A stretch of 64,000 bases of DNA, from positions 63,984,001 to 64,048,000 of the forward strand of contig OZ286461.1 of NCBI GenBank assembly GCA_965644265.1. Direction: 5' to 3'. The notes beneath the pieces were generated by a model that worked only from the letters and a program-made list of their open reading frames with translations, was not told the DNA's origin and ran no database searches. Source of the DNA: Glycera tridactyla. Lineage: Eukaryota. A program made the position numbers and the translations under genes. Positions 39,611-49,652 of the stretch are shown here, in pieces; the first letter of the stretch is position 1; every line of letters begins with the position of its first letter.

Positions 39611-42414
39611 TGAAGAATTCGTTGGGAATCCTGGGTGAAGGCTGCCCATATAAGATTGAAGATGGTAACATTGCAACTTCCCAGAAAACGTCGAGTGTAT
39701 CTTATTTTTCTTGCGATGACCGAATACGCAGCAAGCAGTCGTCGACTCGTTTCTCGTGTGATGAAATATCCTCGGCAAAACAGTGTGAGATGTGCTCCTA
39801 ATGACCAGAAGCAGATACAACCGGATTCGAACAAAGGTTTGATGACTTCACCGAGAATGTATCATCTATATTGAGCGTCGTGAGTTGCCTCGGTGAAGAT
39901 TGTTCACATGCCGAGCGGGTCACTCGTTATTTGCTCATCCTGGGAAAGCAGTGAGATCTTCGCATCAGGGACCATGAATATAAGCCACTGCCACAGTTTC
40001 TCAACTGATTTCCTTATTCGCCAGAGCTGAATGCTCTCACGTGGGTCCATACATTATATAGCTTTACCGACATCATTATCTCAGAAGTGATCATTCCATA
40101 CGCTACCAATATTGTCGCAATATGTGCCACCGTTTGTATCTTAGCAACGCGATCGGTCGTTGTCGCGAAAAGATGGTCATGAGTACAGCCAGATTAATGG
40201 TCCCATCATTACACAACCCTGTGTGTATGGCCATATTCCAATATCATAGCTCTGTTTTTCCCTCTACCTCCTCATTCCCATCCCATCATCCGTCTTCTTC
40301 TCCCTCTATCGCTCTTTTTCTTCACCTATTGCTATCTTTTTCTTCTTGTAACTCCGTTTGCTACATTTATTTTTCTCCCTATACCAAACTATTTTTGTCT
40401 CCCTGTCTCGGTTTCTGTATCGGTCTTTCCTTATCTGTCTCTCTCGGTCTCTGCCTTATACTTCTCTCTCAATATCTATAACGCCCAATCAGATCCTTAT
40501 CACCATTTTCTATATTTCCTGGCTCCATCTATTCATCTAGTTAACATCCTCCCGGAATATGTTTCATTCATACAGGTTGGAATCAGGCTGAATCAAAGAC
40601 GCTGCTCATTGCTAACAGATCAATATTTCATCCTAACATTTGTATCAAATAATGCAGGAGTGCCAGTCAGATGGATTTAACCCCACGTGTACATCAGTCT
40701 GTTGTCTGAAATACGTTCGACACAGGTATGCTCGAATAGTTGTTCTGCCCCTCTTCGAACCTCATCATCAAATTGTCAGTGTGCGATACGGATATATTTC
40801 ATGTCGTGATAATGCTTCCTCGTTTGTACAAATCCATGAAATATGATTATGTAAATAAATGTATTATAATGGAGTAAGATACTCGATATGTTCCTTTTTC
40901 TCCACTCTAACTCAACAAACCCTATATCAGTCGATGGCATGGTTGTNNNNNNNNNNNNNNNNNNNNNNNNNNNNNNNNNNNNNNNNNNNNNNNNNNNNNN
41001 NNNNNNNNNNNNNNNNNNNNNNNNNNNNNNNNNNNNNNNNNNNNNNNNNNNNNNNNNNNNNNNNNNNNNNNNNNNNNNNNNNNNNNNNNNNNNNGTGGGG
41101 TATATAGACTGTTAAGAGCAATGGAATCCACCATCAGTCACCGTGGTCCACCTAGCTTTAATAAGCAGTATTCTGATGAGGGGCAGTGTGACTGCTTGGC
41201 AGGCTTCACACCTGTACTATACAGAGAGGCATTAGCACGTCATTATAGGGATTCTATGCCGGACAACTATTGCTAGTGCCAAATAATGTCAGACCATTAC
41301 GACTGACACTTCTGATGCGGCAATGAGGGGTCCACCTATTTAGCATCTGTCGTCGTTGCTCCCATTAGGATGTCAATAACGACGTCCAACACCACGATCA
41401 TCACCTCTTTCATCACCAGGTAGTATGATGATTCCGATGTTGTTACTGCTGCTGCTCTAGGTGGGTTTTTTGTGTGTATGGGCTCAATGTCCTTTCAGCC
41501 ATTTTGGATTATATCAGAGGAAGATTAAATGAAAAATACTTCAGCCTTCCTTGGATGTAATCAGAGCAGATAGAAGGGACGTCAAACCAAACAAAAGAAC
41601 GAACAAACGAACGGACGGACCAACAATAATAGTAGCAGCAGAATCCCCTCACTACTGAAACTAACAATCTAGGCGACAACAACGACAACCACATTACCAC
41701 CATCATGGCTCTTATAAGTTCGCCCGTAGCATCCACAAACATTGCGATCGGGACTCGGGTCGCAAAGGTATACACGTCATGGACAGGTGTATTCAGGCTA
41801 CGTGAGGTGCCCAGTCGTGTCTCAGCAACGAGACAGGGCATGCAAAATGATTTGGGTCGATACATGTCGCAAAACCCCACCCGAACCCTAACCATCACCG
41901 CTGCTTTCGCCTGTGACAAATATTACACTCTTCTCACAGCCTGATCTATCTCCGTATCAAGGATTCTGACTGACTCGAATGCACAGGGGGAGTTGCAGAT
42001 AAGGAAAGATGGACTCTTCCGTACATTTCGAACCCATTCCTCAAACATAATTCGTGAAGAATGCATCACACACCCGACTCCATCACTGTTCAAGTCGTGC
42101 CACACGCAACAACAGAATCATTCTGAGTTCTTCTTTGAGAATTCAAGACAAGCTATTACTCTTCTTGCTACCACATTCTCACGTGAGACTTGTAAGCGGG
42201 TTGAATATGAATGATAAAGCATTGGTCATTCAGTTCGCAAAAATGACAAACACAGAATTTACACATTTACGCTGCTGCAACGTTTTGAGCAACAACTTCA
42301 CCCAATTCGATTGCGACGACTGCCTTCAATGCTTAAGGCGCTAGATCTCACATGATCTTAGTCATAGTGTGGACGGCCCTGATGGATTGTGCAGGAATTC
42401 TGGTGACCATCGAA

Positions 42415-42630
42415 CCCCCCCAGGTTTATTCATTTAACCTGGGGATCTATACTTACCCATTTCTCCCTCAAATTCTGCATTCCCCAGGCCGAAGGGCCTA
42501 CGTGCGAACATAACTACAAGAACTTTTTAGGATGACAGCCCTCCCGTTGATGGGATCCACTAGGTGGCTCCCCTTATGATGCCTCCCGACGTCACCCGGC
42601 AACCGCTGTGTCTCTGTGTATTTTTTCAAC
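42415..42630 (-). repeat. DIRS 3' inverted terminal repeat (42443-42630) plus 28-bp terminal extension (42415-42442)
   Basis: See the 5' ITR. The extension CCCCCCCAGGTTTATTCATTTAACCTGG has no counterpart at the 5' end and contains a 9-bp hairpin (CCCCAGGTT/AACCTGGGG). Confidence 0.93.
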
Positions 42631-42677
42631 GAGCTTATATATAGCTCTACAGCGGGGACGGACGGGAGGGACCATCC

Positions 42678-42771
42678 AATTTGAGGGAGAAATGGGTAAG
42701 TATAGATCCCCAGGTTAAATGAATAAACCTGGGGGGGATCTATCTGTACCATTTCTCCCTCAAATTCTGCA
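42678..42771 (-). other. DIRS internal complementary region (ICR)
   Basis: 42678-42737 is the exact reverse complement of 42415-42474. 42736-42771 is the exact reverse complement of 50250-50285. The two halves meet in a G7 run. Confidence 0.95.
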
Positions 42772-42802
42772 ATGAATATGACACGGCTGGAGGGTGTAGA
42801 GC

Positions 42803-43025
42803 AACTACTCTCTGTGTCTCTCAGGTTCTCATACCTTAACCAAGGTAAAATAAAACCATTTATTCCCGAGACTTCAATTGTTAGAACTATAGATATGTAC
42901 AATTATATAATACACAGAACTACCCTCTGTGTCTCTCGGATCACCTACCTGCGAACAGGTAAAATAAAATTTTTAGTTGTTCCAAGTCTTCAATGAATTA
43001 TAAGCTATGAACTATATACAACTGT
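42803..43025. repeat. Diverged about 115-bp tandem duplication in the DIRS 3' non-coding region
   Basis: AACTAC(T/C)CTCTGTGTCTCTC...AGGTAAAATAAAA...CTTCAAT...CTAT at 42803 and again at 42918. Confidence 0.7.
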
Positions 43026-43037
43026 AGTTACATATTC

Positions 43038-45962
43038 TTATTCTCCTGGGTCAACTATTGATTGTGCTGCTACAATTGGTCCCAGAGAATACAAACTCAA
43101 CGCTTGGCCACACATATTACGTAAATAGAAATTGCCAAACGTATTGCCTGACTTCCAGAACGCAGCTCTCATTATATCCTCCACTGATCCTGCTTGATTT
43201 AATGAATTCCAGGATGTAGAGATTGCTCTCAATTCATGAGCTGAGATATTGTCTGGAAGTTCAGAACTCCTCTCCGCCTCTTCATACGACATTTTCACTA
43301 CCTGCTGAATCCAGCTTGAAATTCTATCAATTCCGATCTCTTTAGAGGTATTCTTGTTCGGCGGAATGAATAACCGGACTCTGTTACGCCTGAAACCTGA
43401 CACTCTTTGCAAATATATAAATAATGATCTCACTGGACACAGTGACTTGTCCTCATTATTGCATAGATCATTTGATAATGCTGGGATAATCACCTCTGGT
43501 GATTTGCTGGTAGGTTTCTGGGATTTAGCTAGAAACCCCGGAACCGAAAAGAGTGTGACCTTGGATTTGTCTCCTGCAAATATAACAGATCCAGGCGATC
43601 CGGAAAAAGCATGAACTTCGCTTCGGCGTCTACCCGAGGCCAGTGAAAGTAAGAAAACTGTCTTTCTTGTCAAATTGAGAATACCACAAGAATCCAAGGG
43701 TTCAAATTGTGGACCTTGTAAAAACTTCAGAACTATAGACAAGTCCCATTGTGGAATAGATCTCTGAATCACTGGCCTCTCCAGTTCAAAATTATTCTGC
43801 AGCGCTTTAACGTCCCTACTATTCAACACATTACAGCCTGAAAAAACAAAAACAGACTGAAGTGCGTTTCTATAACCTCTGACTGTAGCTTGAGAAAGAC
43901 CTGATTCGAATAATTCAATCAGAAAATTCACCACGTCTGGTGTAGAGGGACACGTGTTATCCACCCTGTGTTCTCTACACCAGACACTCCACTTCGTCCA
44001 CCTACAGTCATAAATCTTTGCTGACGAATCTCTGATTGATTTAGAGATCCGCTCCGCTGCCGCTGCAGAATAACCTTTCCTGGAGAGGGCACCCCGGATA
44101 GACACCAAGCGGTTAAGTTCATTACTTGGGGTCTGAAGTGGTGGACAATCTTGTTGCCCACTCTCTGAGTCATCAGATTCTTCACCGGAGGAAGTTCTAT
44201 TGGCTGATCTATTGATAATTCCAGGAGATCTGGAAACCACGACTGGTTTGGCCACCAAGGAGCTATACAAACCAGTGTGATTCCCAGACCCCTCAGACAT
44301 CTGATGACTTCTCTCAGAAGAGCTGTCAGCGGGTAAACATACGCCGTCCCGAACTTGCTCCAGTCCACTGACAGAGCGTCCACAGCATACGCTGTCTGAT
44401 CCGGGTATGGACATATGAATATTGGAAGGCGAGAATTCTCTCTTGTTGCCATTATGTCTATTGTTGGAGATATATTGAATTTGGCTATTATCTGATTGAA
44501 AATTTCTTGGTCTAAGGACCATTCGGTTTGGATTGGAACTGCTCGAGATAAGGCATCCGCTAACACATTCTGTCGACCTGGAATGTGCCTTACTCTGATC
44601 AGACAATGAATCTCCTCCGCCAACATGAATATTTGCCAAGCTAGGCCGCAAAGAAGTGATGAATGAGTCCCCCCTTGCTTTTCCAGATAAGAGACCGTAG
44701 TAGTGTTGTCTGTTAGTATCAGAATGACTCTGTTTGATAGGAAGTTCTGAAACTCTGTTAAGGACAATAGAACAGCCTCTAATTCCAAGGCGTTTATTGA
44801 CCTTCCTATCCGAGATTGGGACCAAATCCCTGAGGTTTCCCTCTTCTCCTGACCCTCTGTCATACACGCCCCCCACCCTTTGAGGGACGCATCCGTCATT
44901 AAAGTTACGGATGACTTCTGAGGTTTCAGTGGTATTCCACTGTAAACGTTGTTTCTCTCCTGCCACCATCTGAGGGAAACAAGAATTTCCTCTGGCAGTG
45001 ATATCAACACCTCTAGTGGGTCTGCAAATGGTCTCCATCTGGAAAGAAGAAATATCTGGAGGGGTCTCATGTTGAGACGGCCTAGATGTACAAAATCTGC
45101 TAGACTCGACTTGTGGCCGAGTACCCGAAGCACAGCTCTGACTGGCTGCCGAGGACGTCTGAGAAAAACTCTCACACAAAGATCCAGTCGTTCTATCCTT
45201 TTCAGTGCTGGGCGCACCAACCCCTCCTGGGTGTCGAACTCGATACCCAGGTAGGTGAATTGTCTGCTCGGAATTAAATCCGACTTCTGATGATTGACAA
45301 TCCACCCCAGGTTGGTGGTCAGCGAGAGTACATAATCCAACTGATTGGATAGAGTGACTGGGTCCTGGTGCCTCAGCAGCCAGTCGTCTAGGTAAAAATG
45401 AATCTTGATACCTAGATAGTGTGAGTGGTGCGCCACCTCCCTCAGTACCATCGTAAATACCCTGGGCGCAGAACAAAGACCGAAAGGGAGGGCCCTGAAC
45501 TCGTAAGCCTCCACTTTGGACACGGCAAATCGAAGGTATTTGTGGAATGATGGATGAATCGGGACATGGAAGTACGCATCCTTGAGGTCTATTGAAACTG
45601 TCCAGTCTAGAAGGGAAACTGATTTTACTACCGACATCGCGGTTTCCATCTTGAATTTCTGATTTCTCATGAGAAGATTCAAGGGCCCTAAATTTATCAT
45701 GGGCCTGAAACCCCCTGATGCTTTCTCTACTAGAAAGAGATTGCAGTAGAATCCTGGATCTACTGGTAACTCCACTGGGACTATTGCACGCTTCTTCAGC
45801 ATCTCTTTGATTTCCAGAAGTAGAGCCTCTTTCTTCGCTTGCGATTTGGGGAGCGAAAAAGGTAGAACTGTCTTTGAAAGAGGTGGTATTTCCTGAAATG
45901 ATAAGGACAGGCCTTGTTCTACTATCTCCAGAACAAATCTGTTCTGAGTAATCTCCTTCCAT
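43038..45962 (-). CDS. DIRS tyrosine recombinase ORF (YR domain about 43038-44100; N-terminal part overlaps the RT ORF)
   Basis: SAM-like N-domain (SIRDSSAKIYDCRWTKW), LASGRRRSEV (catalytic R), HELR (HxxR), FWKSGNTFGNFY (W and catalytic Y). Confidence 0.95.
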   Translation of the reverse strand: MEGDYSEQICSGDSRTRPVLIISGNTTSFKDSSTFFAPQIASEERGSTSGNQRDAEEACNSPSGVTSRSRILLQSLSSRESIRGFQAHDKFRALESSHEKSEIQDGNRDVGSKISFPSRLDSFNRPQGCVLPCPDSSIIPQIPSICRVQSGGLRVQGPPFRSLFCAQGIYDGTEGGGAPLTLSRYQDSFLPRRLAAEAPGPSHSIQSVGLCTLADHQPGVDCQSSEVGFNSEQTIHLPGYRVRHPGGVGAPSTEKDRTTGSLCESFSQTSSAASQSCASGTRPQVESSRFCTSRPSQHETPPDISSFQMETICRPTRGVDITARGNSCFPQMVAGEKQRLQWNTTETSEVIRNFNDGCVPQRVGGVYDRGSGEEGNLRDLVPISDRKVNKRLGIRGCSIVLNRVSELPIKQSHSDTNRQHYYGLLSGKARGDSFITSLRPSLANIHVGGGDSLSDQSKAHSRSTECVSGCLISSSSNPNRMVLRPRNFQSDNSQIQYISNNRHNGNKREFSPSNIHMSIPGSDSVCCGRSVSGLEQVRDGVCLPADSSSERSHQMSEGSGNHTGLYSSLVAKPVVVSRSPGIINRSANRTSSGEESDDSESGQQDCPPLQTPSNELNRLVSIRGALSRKGYSAAAAERISKSIRDSSAKIYDCRWTKWSVWCREHRVDNTCPSTPDVVNFLIELFESGLSQATVRGYRNALQSVFVFSGCNVLNSRDVKALQNNFELERPVIQRSIPQWDLSIVLKFLQGPQFEPLDSCGILNLTRKTVFLLSLASGRRRSEVHAFSGSPGSVIFAGDKSKVTLFSVPGFLAKSQKPTSKSPEVIIPALSNDLCNNEDKSLCPVRSLFIYLQRVSGFRRNRVRLFIPPNKNTSKEIGIDRISSWIQQVVKMSYEEAERSSELPDNISAHELRAISTSWNSLNQAGSVEDIMRAAFWKSGNTFGNFYLRNMCGQALSLYSLGPIVAAQSIVDPGE

Positions 45963-46024
45963 TGACTGATAAACCCCAGGAGACGCGCTCCCACGACCGG
46001 ATTCACTGAAGGTGTGACGCCCAA
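43928..46024 (-). CDS. DIRS reverse transcriptase / RNase H / methyltransferase-like ORF
   Basis: GFRPMINL, IDLKDAYFHVPI, LPFGLCSAPRVF, YLDD (45383-45394). RNase H: TDAS...ELEAV...TDN...ADALSR. MT-like: IDIMATREN...AYVYPL...IAPWWPNQSWF. No ATG at the start (TTG). Confidence 0.97.
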   Translation of the reverse strand: MGVTPSVNPVVGARLLGFISQWKEITQNRFVLEIVEQGLSLSFQEIPPLSKTVLPFSLPKSQAKKEALLLEIKEMLKKRAIVPVELPVDPGFYCNLFLVEKASGGFRPMINLGPLNLLMRNQKFKMETAMSVVKSVSLLDWTVSIDLKDAYFHVPIHPSFHKYLRFAVSKVEAYEFRALPFGLCSAPRVFTMVLREVAHHSHYLGIKIHFYLDDWLLRHQDPVTLSNQLDYVLSLTTNLGWIVNHQKSDLIPSRQFTYLGIEFDTQEGLVRPALKRIERLDLCVRVFLRRPRQPVRAVLRVLGHKSSLADFVHLGRLNMRPLQIFLLSRWRPFADPLEVLISLPEEILVSLRWWQERNNVYSGIPLKPQKSSVTLMTDASLKGWGACMTEGQEKRETSGIWSQSRIGRSINALELEAVLLSLTEFQNFLSNRVILILTDNTTTVSYLEKQGGTHSSLLCGLAWQIFMLAEEIHCLIRVRHIPGRQNVLADALSRAVPIQTEWSLDQEIFNQIIAKFNISPTIDIMATRENSRLPIFICPYPDQTAYAVDALSVDWSKFGTAYVYPLTALLREVIRCLRGLGITLVCIAPWWPNQSWFPDLLELSIDQPIELPPVKNLMTQRVGNKIVHHFRPQVMNLTAWCLSGVPSPGKVILQRQRSGSLNQSEIRQQRFMTVGGRSGVSGVENTGWITRVPLHQTW

Positions 46025-46028
46025 CGCC

Positions 46029-48620
46029 CTAGGGCCGGCGTTTCTTACCTCTGCCTCTAGGTCTCTGGAATGTTACATTGACTTCCTGTTTGGGCTTGTT
46101 GCTGGACTGGTTGAACTGTGTATGGTCCTCAGACTTATTCTGACCTCCACCTCTGCCACGGCCCCTGCCCCTATTGCTTTGACCCCTACTCCTAGGGCCA
46201 TTCCAGCCACCTTTTCCTCTCTTCTGGTACCCTCCCCTGTTAGAGAAAGTGTTAGAAGAATCTGTATGCCTCTGTCTGAAGTCATAAGCATTCTCTCTGG
46301 ACCGTCTGCCAACCTTGAAAGACTGTTTAGAGGCATCGGCCAGTCTGCCCCCAAACAATTCCACCTGACCCAAAGGGAGAGACCTCAATTGGGCCTTGGT
46401 CTCCTCATCAAAGTCTGTGCCCTTAAGGGCCGCGGAACGACGGGACAACTCCATGTTGCCCGCCACTTTCAAAACTAATTGGGTCGCATGTTTCACAGCT
46501 AGTAGCCCAATTCTCGTGGCATCTTTAGCCTTGGTCTTCACATCCTTGATGTCAGCATCTGTTACTTCAGACGCCCCTAGTCCCGCTGCCAATGCGAAAT
46601 CCGCATAACTCAATGCTTTCAAGGACTCCCTAAGAGTAATCTCATCATTGTTGGGCTTCAATTCTATCTTTGGTGTCCGACCATATCTCACATAATCCCT
46701 ATCAATCACTGGTGATTCCACCAAGTACCTATGGGATCTCTCGCCAGTCCTACGAATCCGGTATGACCTCGGATTACAGCCGTAAACACGAGGCATATTG
46801 ACCCTAAAATATTTAACGCTCGGGTCCTGCAGACCTTCACGTCCCAACTTGAAGGATTCAAGAGGCGTAGAAATATTATGAAGCTGTTGAAACCTATCCA
46901 AACCTTGTAAGGCCTTATCTAACTTCTCCTGACTCTCTATCAAAAGCGGAGAAATAGGGAGAGAGGTCTCGGCTATATTATCTACCTCTTGTTCTAGAAT
47001 CTGGGCATCTGCATCTGTTCCAGTGGTTCTATAGGCCACCCCTGAACCCTTCGGATCAGAAGTTTCTGGTTCTGGGATGTATGAAGGCAGAATTTCGGCA
47101 GCAAACTTCCTAAATCCTCTCAGCCGTCTACGTACAGCAGGCTGCTCCTTCTCTTCTTCTGAATCTCCAGGAGAATCCTCATGTCTATTCTTCTCCTCTT
47201 TCTGATCTAATCTTTCCCTCATTCTCTCCATATTCTCCTTCAATGAGGAAATCTGAGCATCCCTCTCCTTGTCCTCCCTACTTATACTATTCCTAGTGAC
47301 TACTGGAACTCCTGAAACCAAGGGCATTTGTATTTGATTCATCTGGGCCACTTGACCAGGTGCTGCTGCCGTACTAGGAGGACAAGATCTTTTGGCTAAA
47401 CGAGAGGGGTCTCCCATTGAAACATCTCTTTTCCTTTTACCCGTAAAGTTAATCTGTTGAGGGGCGACAGGAGTACCTAAACTCATCCGAGTATCCAACA
47501 TAAGCTTCTTTACAGCAGCTAAAGACGCTTCCATCTGCTGTCTATGAGCTTGCAAGTCTTTCAGTTTACTTGCCGCCATCCTCCTATCCAGATCCGGTGA
47601 GCCAAATACAGAAGTTGGTAAAGGCTGAACGTTAGAATTCATACCAGCTAATAACTGGCCATGATCAACCGACGAAATATTGATATTTGTGGCAGTACTG
47701 GGTTGTGACAACACTGGAACCCTCGATATTGTTTTCAGAGGTCCTTGGCTCTGAAGATATTGTGGCTGAATAGGAGGTTGATGCGGAATTTGAGATGACA
47801 CAGGAGTAGTAATGGAAAAATTCAAGGGTGTATGTACTTGTGACATAGGAATCTGAGGTGATTGAACCACATGGGATGAAGCACGCGACAAATCTAAGAC
47901 CTGCCCAGTCATATTTGTACTAGTACTCACTGGTAGTGTACTATTTGTACACAAATTCAATCCACACTGTCCAGTCAATGGTTGTCCCGCCGGGGTACTA
48001 ACCTGAACCAATTTAGATGCAACCTGATCTACTTGCTGAACAATAGCATGATTCCCATTATTGTGAGTAGAAGAAACTACGTCTCCCTCTGAGGAACCTT
48101 GACCAGAGTGTGAGTCCCCCTGACTCAAAATTTCCACACACTGTCCTGTCCCCTCAACAGATTGTGTGTTCTCTGGATACTCTGGAGGAACTCTCTGTAC
48201 AGCCACTACATTGATAGGGTCTTCCTTCTCAGGAACATATACATTATCATAGTAACCACCATGTGGAATAACTGGGAGTGGAGCATAAACAGAATCTTCA
48301 TCTTCTGAATCTTCAGCTACCCCTGCTTCATGCTGTACAGAGAGATCATTATCTACCCCACCATCCAAATGTGACAGTCCATGAGGTAATCCAGAAGGTT
48401 CGGTTCCTTTGTCCATTTCCCCTGTTCTATCCTCCGATGCCGAGGATCTATGACAGGAAGCCTGCTGTTGCAAACCAGATTTTGTGCTAGCAACTGATAA
48501 CTTGGTTTTAGAGGCTCTCTCCACATTCATTTGTTTCCTCTTTCTAAGGGAAGCTACCAGCTGAGGTCTAGAAGCCAATTCATCAGCGAGGCTACCTAAA
48601 CTAGAAGCCGTGTCCCCCAC
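46029..48620 (-). CDS. DIRS ORF1 (gag-like), main body
   Basis: 863-codon ORF upstream of RT with a low-complexity Q/S/P middle, LSRR...LRSLPL...ELFGG and a C-terminal RGG-rich tail (RGQSNRGRGRGRGGGQ). Confidence 0.85.
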   Translation of the reverse strand: MGDTASSLGSLADELASRPQLVASLRKRKQMNVERASKTKLSVASTKSGLQQQASCHRSSASEDRTGEMDKGTEPSGLPHGLSHLDGGVDNDLSVQHEAGVAEDSEDEDSVYAPLPVIPHGGYYDNVYVPEKEDPINVVAVQRVPPEYPENTQSVEGTGQCVEILSQGDSHSGQGSSEGDVVSSTHNNGNHAIVQQVDQVASKLVQVSTPAGQPLTGQCGLNLCTNSTLPVSTSTNMTGQVLDLSRASSHVVQSPQIPMSQVHTPLNFSITTPVSSQIPHQPPIQPQYLQSQGPLKTISRVPVLSQPSTATNINISSVDHGQLLAGMNSNVQPLPTSVFGSPDLDRRMAASKLKDLQAHRQQMEASLAAVKKLMLDTRMSLGTPVAPQQINFTGKRKRDVSMGDPSRLAKRSCPPSTAAAPGQVAQMNQIQMPLVSGVPVVTRNSISREDKERDAQISSLKENMERMRERLDQKEEKNRHEDSPGDSEEEKEQPAVRRRLRGFRKFAAEILPSYIPEPETSDPKGSGVAYRTTGTDADAQILEQEVDNIAETSLPISPLLIESQEKLDKALQGLDRFQQLHNISTPLESFKLGREGLQDPSVKYFRVNMPRVYGCNPRSYRIRRTGERSHRYLVESPVIDRDYVRYGRTPKIELKPNNDEITLRESLKALSYADFALAAGLGASEVTDADIKDVKTKAKDATRIGLLAVKHATQLVLKVAGNMELSRRSAALKGTDFDEETKAQLRSLPLGQVELFGGRLADASKQSFKVGRRSRENAYDFRQRHTDSSNTFSNRGGYQKRGKGGWNGPRSRGQSNRGRGRGRGGGQNKSEDHTQFNQSSNKPKQEVNVTFQRPRGRGKKRRP

Positions 48621-48904
48621 AGACTTGGGGCCTGAATTGATTTTGCAACATTCTTATGCAGAGCAGCAGGCTCGGACTTCCTAGATGAAAGGGAGGGGCC
48701 ACGAGATTGCAATGACAGAGACCTCAATTTATAATGAGCTGCCCATCTATCTAATGGCCATATTGCACAAATTGCACAAACTTTTTGACCTTTGGTCATC
48801 ACATCGTCGGAATTCCCACACTCTCTACAGCATGGACAATAATCATGGTTATCCCAGTTGGCCATATGGTGACCACACAAACCCTGTTTTTGTCCCGACG
48901 ACAT
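48596..48904 (-). CDS. DIRS ORF1 N-terminal Cys/His zinc-finger segment (out of frame with the rest of ORF1)
   Basis: ATG start; CGHHMANWDNHDYCPCCRECG...CAIC is a Cys/His cluster of the kind found at the start of DIRS ORF1. Overlaps the next ORF in a different frame. Confidence 0.7.
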   Translation of the reverse strand: MSSGQKQGLCGHHMANWDNHDYCPCCRECGNSDDVMTKGQKVCAICAIWPLDRWAAHYKLRSLSLQSRGPSLSSRKSEPAALHKNVAKSIQAPSLWGTRLLV

Positions 48905-49284
48905 TTCAAGGTTGAAGGGGAGGGATCAACAATAAACGCAAGACCAGAATGGATGCCGGTTTTCTTCTGTACCGGAGTAGGCAATCAATAAACACCGAAA
49001 GGGCAACCGTTATTGGGCATATGATACAGACAGGATGCTATCGGCTTGTATCAACTAAGTTCATCAATCCATTTAACCTATATTGACAAGTGGCAACTGA
49101 TATGAAATTCACAGACTCACTAAAGAGCCATTTCAAAACCACTTACTCTTCAGTGTAGTATCAGATATGAAAATCACAGATCCTCAAAGAAGATCATTTC
49201 AAACACAAGCAAATTGCAATTAGGGGACTGCTACCATGCACCAGCGCCGCGTCCTTGACAACGTACACAAACAGTTATACCAGT

Positions 49285-49652
49285 AGCGATCAAATTGATA
49301 AAGTGAATCTAATACAATTGATAATCATCTACGACAGCAACCGTAGGCAAGGTCAACTGTCGACGGAGCGCGCATTTTTCCTTATCTGCGAACCCCTGCG
49401 AATATTTGATGCATTCGAACGACATCACCACGCTACCGAATTTCGCCAGCTACCATAAACCGCCGCTGTCAGCGATCAAGATTGACAAAGTGAATCTGAT
49501 ACAATTGATAATCATCTACGACAGCAACCGTAGGCAAGGTCAACTGTCGACGGAGCGCGCACCTTATCTGCGAACCCCTGCGGATATTTGATGCATTCGA
49601 ACGACTTCGCAACGCTACCGAATTTCGTCGGCTACCCTTTACCGCCGCTGTC
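49285..49652. repeat. 186-bp tandem duplication in the DIRS 5' leader
   Basis: Copies start at 49285 and 49471 (AGCGATCAA...ATCATCTACGACAGCAACCGTAGGCAAGGTCAACTGTCGACGGAGCGCGCA...CCGCCGCTGTC). Confidence 0.9.

Noticed and set aside
46014-46478. Plus-strand ORFs antisense to the DIRS gag/pol
   Set aside because: Shadow frames of real coding sequence with no recognisable motifs.
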